Source: an uncultured delta proteobacterium
Lineage (GTDB): Bacteria > Myxococcota > Kuafuiibacteriia > Kuafuiibacteriales > Kuafuiibacteriaceae
NCBI GenBank assembly: GCA_963803435.1
Contig: CAWDML010000001.1
Location: 1,632,001 to 1,696,000, forward strand
Direction: 5' to 3'
DNA length: 64,000 nucleotides
The translations under genes were made by a program, and so were the position numbers. This document shows, piece by piece, positions 55,874-64,000 of this stretch. The notes beneath the pieces were generated by a model. That model was not told the origin of the DNA and ran no database searches. It saw only the letters and a list, made by a program, of their open reading frames with translations. Numbering within the stretch: the stretch's first letter is position 1; each line of letters starts with the position of its first letter.

Positions 55874-56725
55874 TCAATACTTGTAGAACCCGCGGCCGCT
55901 CTTCCGCCCCAGCCAGCCGGCGTCGACGTAGCGGCGCAAGAGCGGCGCGGCCCGGTACTTGTCATCGCCAAGCCCGCGGTGCAGGACGCCCATGATCGCG
56001 AGGCAGGTGTCGAGCCCGATGAAGTCGGCCAGCTCGAGCGGTCCCATGGGCTGGTTGGTGCCGAGCTTCATCCCGGCGTCGATGTCCTCCGGTGTGCCGA
56101 GGCCCTCCTGGAGCGCGACCACGGCCTCGTTGATCATCGGGATCAGGATCCGGTTCACGATGAACCCCGGCTGATCGTCGGACTTGATGGTGGTCTTGCC
56201 CAGGCGCTCGGCCAGCGTGCGCGTCTCCTGGAGCGTGATCTCGTTCGTCTGCAGGCCGGGGATGATCTCGACCAGCTTCATCACCGGCACCGGGTTCATG
56301 AAGTGCATCCCGATGAAGCGCTCGGGCCGCTTGGTGACCGCGGCCAGCCGGGTGATCGAGATCGAGGAGGTGTTCGAGGCCAGGATCGCGCGCTCGGGCA
56401 CCACCCCGTCCACCTCCACGAAGATCTTCTTCTTGAGCTCCTCGTTCTCGTTGATCGCCTCGATCACGAAGTCGGCGTCCGCGAGGACGTCGATCTTCGT
56501 CGAGCCCGCGACCCGCGCCAGCGCCTCCTTCGCGTCCGCGCCGGTGATCCGCCCCTTGTCCGCCAGCTTGGCCAGCCCTTTCTCGATCCGATCCACGCCC
56601 CGCTCGACCGCGGCGACGTCGACGTCGCAGAGGTGGACCTTGATCCCCGCCTGCGCGGCGACCTGCGCGATCCCGGCGCCCATCTGTCCGGCGCCGATCA
56701 CGCCGAGGGTCGTCACTCCGCTCAT
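55874..56725 (-). CDS. hbd: 3-hydroxybutyryl-CoA dehydrogenase
   Basis: GAGQMGAGIA, SNTSS, GMHFMNP, PGFIVNR, PMGPLELAD. Confidence 0.92.
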   Translation of the reverse strand: MSGVTTLGVIGAGQMGAGIAQVAAQAGIKVHLCDVDVAAVERGVDRIEKGLAKLADKGRITGADAKEALARVAGSTKIDVLADADFVIEAINENEELKKKIFVEVDGVVPERAILASNTSSISITRLAAVTKRPERFIGMHFMNPVPVMKLVEIIPGLQTNEITLQETRTLAERLGKTTIKSDDQPGFIVNRILIPMINEAVVALQEGLGTPEDIDAGMKLGTNQPMGPLELADFIGLDTCLAIMGVLHRGLGDDKYRAAPLLRRYVDAGWLGRKSGRGFYKY

Positions 56726-57903
56726 TGCTCCACCACCACCGCGACCGCCTCACCCCCGCCGATGCAGAGCGAGGCCAGCCCCCGGCGCTTGTCGAGCCGC
56801 TTCATCGCGTGGAGGAGCGTGGTCAGGATCCGCGCTCCCGAGGCGCCGATCGGGTGTCCGAGCGCCACCGCGCCGCCGTGCACGTTCACCTTGCTGCGGT
56901 CGAGCCCCAGCTTCTGCTCGTTCGCGATCGAGACCACCGCGAAGGCCTCGTTGATCTCGAACAGGTCGATGTCCGACACCTTCAGCGACATCCGCTCGAG
57001 CGTGCCCGCGATCGCCTTGGCGGGCGCAGTGGTGAACCACTCGGGGGCCTGAGCCGCGCTCCCATACCCGGTGATCTGCGCCAGCCAGCTGCGCCCGTGC
57101 TTCTCCGCCCACTCGCGGGAGGCCAGGACCACCATCGACGCGCCGTCGTTCAGCGAGCTGGCGTTGGCCGCGGTGACCGTGCCGTCCTTCTGGAACGAGG
57201 GGCGCAACGACGCGAACTTGTCCGGCCGCCCGCGCCCCGGCTCCTCGTCCTCGCCGACGCGGATCGGATCGCCCTTCCGCTGCGGGACCTCGACCGGGAC
57301 GATCTCCTCGGCGAACCAGCCGTTCTTCTGCGCGGCCAGCGCGCGCCGGTAGCTCTCGACCGCGAACTCGTCCTGGGCCGCGCGGGGCACGTTGCACTCG
57401 CGCGCGCAGAGCTCGGCGGCGCTCCCCATGTGGTAGTCGTTGTAGACGTCCCAGAGCCCGTCCTTGATCATGCCGTCGATCAGCTTCTGGTCCCCGAACT
57501 TGAGCCCGTCGCGCGCGCCCGCCACGTAATAGGGCACGTTGGACATCGACTCGGCGCCCCCGGCCAGGATGACGTCGGCGTCGCCCGCCTTGATCGCCTG
57601 CGCGCCCAGCATCACGCTCTTCAGCCCCGACCCACAGACCTTGTTGACGGTGGTGCACGGCACCTCCTGCGGGACACCGGCGCCGAGCGACACCTGCCGC
57701 GCGGGCGCCTGCCCCACGCCCGCAGGCAGCACCATGCCGACATAGACCTCCTCCACCTGCTCCGGCTTCACGCCGGCGGCCTCGAGCGCGGCCTTTGCGG
57801 CGATCGCGCCCAGCCTGGGGGCTGGGACATCCTTGAGGGCGCCGAGAAAGGAGCCGATCGGGGTCCGTTTGGCGGCCAGGATGACGACATCTCTCCGGGT
57901 CAT
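56722..57903 (-). CDS. Acetyl-CoA C-acetyltransferase (thiolase)
   Basis: VNKVCGSG, NEAF, GHPIGASG, SLCIGGG. Confidence 0.96.
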   Translation of the reverse strand: MTRRDVVILAAKRTPIGSFLGALKDVPAPRLGAIAAKAALEAAGVKPEQVEEVYVGMVLPAGVGQAPARQVSLGAGVPQEVPCTTVNKVCGSGLKSVMLGAQAIKAGDADVILAGGAESMSNVPYYVAGARDGLKFGDQKLIDGMIKDGLWDVYNDYHMGSAAELCARECNVPRAAQDEFAVESYRRALAAQKNGWFAEEIVPVEVPQRKGDPIRVGEDEEPGRGRPDKFASLRPSFQKDGTVTAANASSLNDGASMVVLASREWAEKHGRSWLAQITGYGSAAQAPEWFTTAPAKAIAGTLERMSLKVSDIDLFEINEAFAVVSIANEQKLGLDRSKVNVHGGAVALGHPIGASGARILTTLLHAMKRLDKRRGLASLCIGGGEAVAVVVEQ

Positions 57904-57941
57904 GAGCCGAGGTCACTCGGCCACGGGAGGGATGTCAAGCC

Positions 57942-59081
57942 TCAGATCAACGACGTGGATTCGTACACGTAGCGATCGATGTACTGGAGGATCTGATCTT
58001 TGACCGAGTCGGGAAGGAGCAGGATCACCACCGGCGCCCGGGCCGCCACGATCTCCCAGAAGATGATCGCCTCCAGGAACCCGTCCTCGATCGCGCCGAG
58101 CAGGACCCGCTCGTCAGGACCGATCTGCTCCCCTTCGCGACCCATGCGCACGGCGATCGAGGCGGCCTGGTTGATCAGGCACTCCCGGTACATCGACAGC
58201 CGGAGCGGATCCGCGTCCTGGCTCGCCCGCTCGCCACACTCCGACTCGTAGGCCCAGCACGCAAGGCATGCCGAGAGCGCCAGCCACCGCAGACCCCTCA
58301 CCTTGTCGAACTTGAGCACCACGTCCTCGCCCGAGCGCTCGATGCGGATCCGCGGCGAAAGCCGGTTCGCGCGGATCCTGAGATCGATCTTGGCCAGGGT
58401 CTCGCGCAGCTTCTCCTCGACGTCCTCGTCCGTGCGGTTCAGCATGTACGCTCTGGTCAGCGACTCCTTCGCGCGGCCGTACTCGCTCAGCACGTAGTAG
58501 GTGTCCCCGAGAAAGAGGTACGCCTCGTAGTCCACCGGATTGAGCTCGATCGCCTGGGAGAAGGCCGCCTCCGCGAGATCCAGCTGTCCCAGGAAGAAGA
58601 ACGTCTTGCCGATGTTCGTGTACGTCTTGAAGTACCGCGGCGCGACCTCGATCGCCTTCGCGTACAGGTCCCGCGCGGTGTGGAAGTCCCGCGCGTCGGC
58701 GGCGATGACGGCGTGCTCGAAGATCTCGGCGATCTCCGGCGGCGGCCGGCTGCTCACCAGCTTGATCCGCTCGTGCGCGTCGAGCTTCACCTCGAGGTAC
58801 GGATCGATCTCGCGGGCGTGGCCACGCTGCTCGGGGACCACCTCCGGGATCTGCTGAGGATCGAGATCGTCGTTGGACGCGATCTCGTAGTGGCGTGAGC
58901 TCGCCTCGAGGATCGCGAAGATCCTGTCCGGCCGGAACAGCGCGTCGCGGTCGTCCCGCCGCCGCTGGGCTTCGGTCTCGGGAGAGAGTGAGCGCTGACT
59001 GGGCGCGCAGGCGAGCGCAGAGGCGAGGCCGAGGATTGCGAGCGTCCGTCTCAAAGGGCGTGCTTCAAAAAAGCGTAACAC
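57942..59081 (-). CDS. TPR-repeat lipoprotein
   Basis: Lipobox ALAC; TPR units (AIEVAP, AIELNP); start uncertain. Confidence 0.78.
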   Translation of the reverse strand: MLRFFEARPLRRTLAILGLASALACAPSQRSLSPETEAQRRRDDRDALFRPDRIFAILEASSRHYEIASNDDLDPQQIPEVVPEQRGHAREIDPYLEVKLDAHERIKLVSSRPPPEIAEIFEHAVIAADARDFHTARDLYAKAIEVAPRYFKTYTNIGKTFFFLGQLDLAEAAFSQAIELNPVDYEAYLFLGDTYYVLSEYGRAKESLTRAYMLNRTDEDVEEKLRETLAKIDLRIRANRLSPRIRIERSGEDVVLKFDKVRGLRWLALSACLACWAYESECGERASQDADPLRLSMYRECLINQAASIAVRMGREGEQIGPDERVLLGAIEDGFLEAIIFWEIVAARAPVVILLLPDSVKDQILQYIDRYVYESTSLI

Positions 59082-59123
59082 GGCGGCTCGAGCCTTCGTT
59101 TCCTGGGCCTCCCTGTGCGGCGG

Positions 59124-59471
59124 TCACCCACCTTGGGGACACCGGCATTCGCCGCCGGACACGTTGAACTCGATCACAGCCTCGTGCGCGACGGTGATCG
59201 GTCGTCGTTCGACCTCGATCCGCTCGCCGTCGTCGCAGTCGAGGCTCAAGACCGCCTCGTACGCTCCGCCGGAGAGCTTCGCCTTGTGCGAGATCTCGTA
59301 GCGGCCGGCGACCCGCTCGGCGTGGCCGCGCGCGCGGGTGCGGCCCGAAAACAGGTCGAGTCGGACCTGCTCGACACAGGCGGGATGCGCGATCTCCTCG
59401 CGGAACGTGATCTCGGAGCGACGCAGTCGGGGAAACAGGAGGAAGAGGCCGGCGATCAACACCAGCAGCAC
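59124..59471 (-). CDS. Small membrane-anchored hypothetical protein
   Basis: N-terminal TM, paired Cys; start uncertain. Confidence 0.5.
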   Translation of the reverse strand: MLLVLIAGLFLLFPRLRRSEITFREEIAHPACVEQVRLDLFSGRTRARGHAERVAGRYEISHKAKLSGGAYEAVLSLDCDDGERIEVERRPITVAHEAVIEFNVSGGECRCPQGG

Positions 59472-59517
59472 GAGCGGGGCGTAGCGGCTCCGGCTCGGAC
59501 GCGAGGGCGCGTCGCTC

Positions 59518-59970
59518 TCAGGGCTCGGATCGATCGCTCCCCTCCGTCTCGGACGGGGGCTCGTCCTCGCTGGGAGACACCTTCGAATCTGCGGAGACCT
59601 CGGGCTTCAGCTTTCCGTCGCTGTGGCGGAACTTCACCGAGGCCGTGAAGTCCATCTGCAGGCCCGTCAGGACCTTGATGACCTCGGTCGAGATGTCGAC
59701 GTGACGAAGGAAGTCGCCCACCTCCTTCCCCACGATGCGGAGCAGCTCCTTGCGCCCGCGATCGCCTTGCTGGAGCAGGTAGTGGATCGCTTCGCGGGAG
59801 AGGCTGCCGGTGTTCTGGACCTGACCCACCGTGTTCTCGATGGCGCGGCGCACGAAGTCCGTCACCACGCCGGGCGGGCGCCGATCCCGCTCCCGGTGCG
59901 AGAACATGTCGTCGTCCTCCAGATCGGCGGTCTCGCGTGCTTCCTCGGTGTCCTGCGGTAACTTGGTCAT
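59518..59970 (-). CDS. Hypothetical protein
   Basis: 150-aa ORF, ATGA-coupled, host-like codon usage. Confidence 0.7.
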   Translation of the reverse strand: MTKLPQDTEEARETADLEDDDMFSHRERDRRPPGVVTDFVRRAIENTVGQVQNTGSLSREAIHYLLQQGDRGRKELLRIVGKEVGDFLRHVDISTEVIKVLTGLQMDFTASVKFRHSDGKLKPEVSADSKVSPSEDEPPSETEGSDRSEP

Positions 59971-60392
59971 GAACCCTCCGAAAGCGCCCGGAGCGAGATC
60001 CAGGGATCGTTCGACACTTCGCCGCCCGCGTCCTCGAGGACGAAGCCGAACTTCAGCTCCTTCCCCAGCTCCACGTTGCTCGACACCCGCACCACCACCT
60101 CGAGCTCGCCCTCGGTGGCGTCGAGCGCGATGGGAGGCAACTGGCTCGCGAACAGACCGTCGAGCGCGAGCACCGAGGTCTCCTCACCATCGAGCGAAAG
60201 GTGCAGCTTGCCTCCGCCGATATCTCCGTCAGAGTCAGAGAACCGGATCAGGAAGTCGAGCGCATAGGGATCCTGCGGGCTCTGCTGTACGAAGCGCAGC
60301 TCGTCGATCCGCGGCCGACCCGCCGGCCAGTGGGCGGGGTCCTCTCCGCAGGCGACGAGCGTCAGACCGATCAGGACGATCGTCCAGCGCAT
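59967..60392 (-). CDS. Hypothetical lipoprotein
   Basis: MRWTIVLIGLTLVAC lipobox; DSDGD motif. Confidence 0.7.
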   Translation of the reverse strand: MRWTIVLIGLTLVACGEDPAHWPAGRPRIDELRFVQQSPQDPYALDFLIRFSDSDGDIGGGKLHLSLDGEETSVLALDGLFASQLPPIALDATEGELEVVVRVSSNVELGKELKFGFVLEDAGGEVSNDPWISLRALSEGS

Positions 60393-60414
60393 CGCCCTGT
60401 CTTGACACGATACG

Positions 60415-61047
60415 TCATTCCAGGTCCACGACGCGCCACCGATCCTGCTGGCGTACGAGCTCCGCCTTCTTCCCGCGGCCGTAGCGGATCCAGGCGCGAT
60501 CACCATCGATCTCGGCCATCTGCGCCCGGATCGGTGTCAGCGCGCTGCGGGCCGCCTCGATCCGGGCCGCGAGGGAGGAAAGGTGAGCCCGGAGGGCCTC
60601 GTCCTGGGCAAACCGAGCCGCAAACTCGTCGGGCATCACGGCCCTCACCTCGCCGAGTCGCCCGCTCTCCACACCGCGAAAAAACGCCACCAGCGCGGCC
60701 TCGGGCGTGTCGGCGTCGAACGGGACCAGACCGCCGTCGCGCACGCGCCAGCCGCCCGACTCCATCACCATCGACAGCCGTCCCCCGTCGCCGAGCTCGA
60801 TGGTCGCGTGCGTCCCCTGTGCGCCGTCGAGCGCGCGGAGCAAGCGCCCGACCTCTTCCGGATGCGCCCGAAGATACGCCGCCACTTGCTCCGGATCGTG
60901 GGCGCGACGAAAGGACGCGTCCGACAACAGCCAGACCTGTTGCGCGTCGTTGGCGCGCAGCGCGGCCGCATAAGCGACGAGCGCGTCCTTGGGATCGGCG
61001 GCGCACCCGCACTGCACCACCAGCAGCACTGTCCAAAGAGGCCTCAT
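60415..61047 (-). CDS. Hypothetical lipoprotein with two NTF2-like (DUF4878-like) halves
   Basis: Signal peptide with CGC; internal duplication (PKDALVAY...GGWRV / PEAALVAF...DRWRV); ATGA-coupled to pyrC. Confidence 0.65.
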   Translation of the reverse strand: MRPLWTVLLVVQCGCAADPKDALVAYAAALRANDAQQVWLLSDASFRRAHDPEQVAAYLRAHPEEVGRLLRALDGAQGTHATIELGDGGRLSMVMESGGWRVRDGGLVPFDADTPEAALVAFFRGVESGRLGEVRAVMPDEFAARFAQDEALRAHLSSLAARIEAARSALTPIRAQMAEIDGDRAWIRYGRGKKAELVRQQDRWRVVDLE

Positions 61048-62327
61048 TCGAGCCGGTGCGTGATCCGTCCGCCGGCGATCGTCACCACGGCGCGGCCCAT
61101 GAAGCTGCGGTCGAGGAGCGGTGTGTTGGAGCAGCGGGAAACGATGGTATCGCGGTCGAGCCGCCAACCGAGCTCCGGATCGATCAGGACCAGATCGCCC
61201 GGCGCGTCCTCGCGGAGGCGTCCGAGATCGATCCGTCCCAGCACGTTGGCCGGACCCCGGGTCATCACGGCGATCGCGCGCTCGAGCGTGAGCTTCTTCT
61301 CCCGGACCAGGAGCAAGACCACGGCGAGCGCGGACTCGAACCCGATGGCGCCGGCGGCCGCGTGGTCGAGCTCCTTGTTCTTGTCGAGCTCGATCTGGGG
61401 GTTGTGATCGCTCGCGACGGCGTCGATGGTGCCGTCGGCCAGGGCGTTCACCAGCGCGTCGACGTCCGCCTGGGTGCGGAGCGGCGGGAACACCTTCGCG
61501 TAGGTGTCGTAGCCGAGCATGGCCCGATCGGTGAGCAGCAGGTGCAGCGGGCTCACCTCCGCGGTCACGCGGATCCCCCGCCGCTTCGCCTGACGGATCA
61601 GCTCGCAGGCAGCGCCGGTGGAGATGTGACCGAGATGCAGGCGGGCGTTCGTCAGCTCGGCGATGGCGAGATCGCGCGCGACCCCCACGACCTCGGCGGC
61701 GCCAGGCGCGCCGGAGAGCCCGAGCCGCGTCGACACCAGACCTTCGTGCATCACGCCGCCCAGCGACAGCGACTCGTCCTCCGCGTGGGTGATCACCAGC
61801 GTGCCCAGGTCTCCCGCGGTCTCCAACGCGTAGCGGAGCAGCTGGCTGTCCTTCACCGACTGATCGCCGTCGGTGAAGCAGACGCAGCCGGCCTCGAGGA
61901 GCTTTGCCATCTCTGCCAGGCGCTTGCCCTCTCGCCCCACCGAGAGCGCGCCCGCCGGCAGCACGCGGGTCGTGCCGGCAGCGGCTGCGCGTTCCTTGAC
62001 CAGGCCCACCACCTCGGAGCGATCGACCGTCGGGTTGGTGGTCGGCATCGCGACGATGGTCGTGAAGCCTCCGCTGGCGGCGGCCTTGACCGCGTTCGCG
62101 AGATCGCCGCGCCGCGTATATCCGGGCTCGCACAGGTGCGCCCGAAGATCGATCAGGCCGGGCACGAGGAGGCGGCCGCGCCCCTCGATGACCTCCTCGC
62201 CGGTGGCGGCCACCGGGGCGTCGAGGTCCGCGATCCGATCGCCCTCCACCACCACGTTCCGATTCGAAGTGTCGATGCCGGAGCCCGGATCGAAGACGCG
62301 CACGTTCTTGAGCACGATCGCCGTCAT
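61044..62327 (-). CDS. pyrC: Dihydroorotase or dihydroorotase-like ATCase partner
   Basis: PGLIDLRAHLCEPG, AMPTT, HAED, HIST, KVFPPLR, ASDHNP. Confidence 0.85.
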   Translation of the reverse strand: MTAIVLKNVRVFDPGSGIDTSNRNVVVEGDRIADLDAPVAATGEEVIEGRGRLLVPGLIDLRAHLCEPGYTRRGDLANAVKAAASGGFTTIVAMPTTNPTVDRSEVVGLVKERAAAAGTTRVLPAGALSVGREGKRLAEMAKLLEAGCVCFTDGDQSVKDSQLLRYALETAGDLGTLVITHAEDESLSLGGVMHEGLVSTRLGLSGAPGAAEVVGVARDLAIAELTNARLHLGHISTGAACELIRQAKRRGIRVTAEVSPLHLLLTDRAMLGYDTYAKVFPPLRTQADVDALVNALADGTIDAVASDHNPQIELDKNKELDHAAAGAIGFESALAVVLLLVREKKLTLERAIAVMTRGPANVLGRIDLGRLREDAPGDLVLIDPELGWRLDRDTIVSRCSNTPLLDRSFMGRAVVTIAGGRITHRLE

Positions 62328-63286
62328 CGCCACGGCCCCCGTCGCACTGCCCGCTCCAGCACGGCCATCCGCGCGGCGATGCCGTTGCTGACCTGATGCG
62401 CGACCACGGAGGTGGGGCCGTCGGCCACCTCGGGATCGATCTCGATGCCGCGGTTCATCGGACCCGGATGCATCACGAACGCGCCCGGCTTCATCATCTG
62501 CGCGCGCGCGACGGTGAGGCCGTAGGTCCTCGTATAGTCGCCCAGGCTGGGAAACGGGGGTGGGCCCACCAGACGTTCGAACTGGACACGCAGCATCATC
62601 ACAGCGTCGCAGAGTCCGATCAGATCGTCGATGTTCCGGACGATGGTGGCGCCCAGCGACTCGAGCGCGCGCGGCACCAGGGAGCGGGGCCCGGAGATCA
62701 GCACGCGCGCCCCCAGCTTCGTGAGCAGGTGCAGGTTGGAGCGCGCCACCCGCGAGTGCGCGATGTCGCCGACGATGCCGATGATCCGCCCCTCGAGCGA
62801 CGGGAGGCGATCGAGCAGCGTGAGCGCGTCGAGGAGCGCCTGCGTCGGGTGCTCGTGTGCGCCGTCGCCCGCATTCACCACGGCGGTCTCGCCGACGCTC
62901 TCCGCGGCGCGCGCCAGGAGATCCTGAGCGCCGGCCGCCGAATGACGACACACGATCACGGCGGGCTCCATCGCCGCCAGCGTCCGGCCGGTGTCCCAGA
63001 GGCTTTCGCCCTTCGACACGCTGCTCGAGCTGGAGGCGATGGAGACGATCGATGCACCCAGCTTCTGTGCGGCGATCTCGAACGAGGCGCGCGTGCGGGT
63101 GCTGGCCTCGTAGAAGAGCGTGACCACCGAACGTCCCATCAGCGCATCGGCGCCGAGCGCGGCGTCCTGCCGGAGCTCGCGGGCGCGGCTCAGGATCTTG
63201 GTGATCTCAGCGGCAGGAAGGAACTCGATGCCGAGCAGGTGGCGCTCGGCGAGGCGAAGCGGGACCCGCCCGGGCGCACCGCTCAG
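62324..63286 (-). CDS. pyrB: Aspartate carbamoyltransferase catalytic subunit (start codon uncertain)
   Basis: FYEASTRTRASF, KGESL, NAGDG.HEHPTQALLD, GDIAHSRVARS, HPGPMNRG. Confidence 0.95.
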   Translation of the reverse strand: MSGAPGRVPLRLAERHLLGIEFLPAAEITKILSRARELRQDAALGADALMGRSVVTLFYEASTRTRASFEIAAQKLGASIVSIASSSSSVSKGESLWDTGRTLAAMEPAVIVCRHSAAGAQDLLARAAESVGETAVVNAGDGAHEHPTQALLDALTLLDRLPSLEGRIIGIVGDIAHSRVARSNLHLLTKLGARVLISGPRSLVPRALESLGATIVRNIDDLIGLCDAVMMLRVQFERLVGPPPFPSLGDYTRTYGLTVARAQMMKPGAFVMHPGPMNRGIEIDPEVADGPTSVVAHQVSNGIAARMAVLERAVRRGPWR

Positions 63287-63774
63287 CGATGGGAAGTCGT
63301 CACGCAGGTACAGCCCTTCTCCCACTTCAACGTGGCCATATCGGTCCGAACCGTACGCTCGAACGTGAAGTTCGTCTTCTTTCCAATCAGCGGCCACTCG
63401 TAGTCATCCTGGTAGATCAGCTCGAGCACGCACTCCTTGCCTCGCGCGCGAAACATGTTGGCTGCGTTCTCGTCATGCGTGAGCGCGCTCAGCTCTTCGG
63501 GCTCATAGGGCACCCGAGTCAATCGAAAGTTATCCTTGCTGATCTTGAGATGCGTGCGCTGCGCGTCCCGGAGCATCTGGTTGATGACCTTCTCGTCGTT
63601 GAACTCGCGGTAGGCGGCGTTGCACGCGCCCTTCATGATCCCGGTCAGCTGAAAGACCGGCCAGAACGCAGGGACGAGGAACCAGATCACGTACGCGATG
63701 GCGAGCCCGATGAGGCCGAGCGTGATCGAAACGGCGTTCAACCGCTTCGGCTTCTTCATCAGGTAGATGTTCAC
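63283..63774 (-). CDS. Hypothetical membrane-anchored protein
   Basis: Single N-terminal TM; lies between sucD and pyrB. Confidence 0.7.
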   Translation of the reverse strand: MNIYLMKKPKRLNAVSITLGLIGLAIAYVIWFLVPAFWPVFQLTGIMKGACNAAYREFNDEKVINQMLRDAQRTHLKISKDNFRLTRVPYEPEELSALTHDENAANMFRARGKECVLELIYQDDYEWPLIGKKTNFTFERTVRTDMATLKWEKGCTCVTTSHR

Positions 63775-63790
63775 GCCCTGGCCTCTCGCT

Positions 63791-64000
63791 TCATCGTCCG
63801 GAGCGTACCGCCTCCATGGCCTTCTTCAAAGTGGTCCCCAGCTCGGCGGGGGTCGGCGCAATGGAGACGCCCGCGGCACGCAGCGCTTCGATCTTCTCGG
63901 CAGCTGTGCCCTTCCCGCCGGAGATGATCGCGCCGGCGTGGCCCATCCGCTTCCCGGGCGGGGCCGTCGAGCCGGCGACGAAACCGGCGATCGGCTTCTT
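63791..64000 (-). CDS. sucD: Succinyl-CoA synthetase alpha subunit, 3' end (partial, absent from the ORF track)
   Basis: Manual translation: [40 protein letters not shown]. Confidence 0.93.
   Translation of the reverse strand, partial: KKPIAGFVAGSTAPPGKRMGHAGAIISGGKGTAAEKIEALRAAGVSIAPTPAELGTTLKKAMEAVRSGR

Overview
High-GC bacterial DNA, most likely from a Myxococcota-type deltaproteobacterium (MYXO-CTERM-type sorting tails, myxobacterial Cys-rich repeats, sigma54 activator, Ser/Thr kinase-ATPase-TPR protein). Housekeeping genes include folP-glmM-pdxJ, tilS-ftsH, minCDE, glgX, hutU, thiolase/hbd, pyrB-pyrC and the 3' end of sucD, alongside many secreted or lipoprotein genes. Main observations: (1) a hidden selenoprotein, a DsbA-like lipoprotein with an in-frame UGA in a UxxC motif followed by a SECIS-like hairpin, directly upstream of its CxxC paralog; (2) a translationally coupled operon encoding an exported metallophosphoesterase, a barrel-dominated Omp85 protein and an exported lipoprotein with atypical kinase motifs, a candidate extracytoplasmic kinase/phosphatase system; (3) an IS110/IS1111-type element with sub-terminal inverted repeats, a long non-coding end (bridge/seekRNA candidate) and a nonsense mutation in the recombinase; (4) a 388-bp IS5-derived miniature element with a TTA duplication; (5) a complete minCDE locus, unexpected if the lineage call is right. 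Three genes carry single-base indels in short homopolymers, probably sequencing errors. No rRNA, tRNA or CRISPR array was seen. All calls come from reading motifs by eye; no searches were run.
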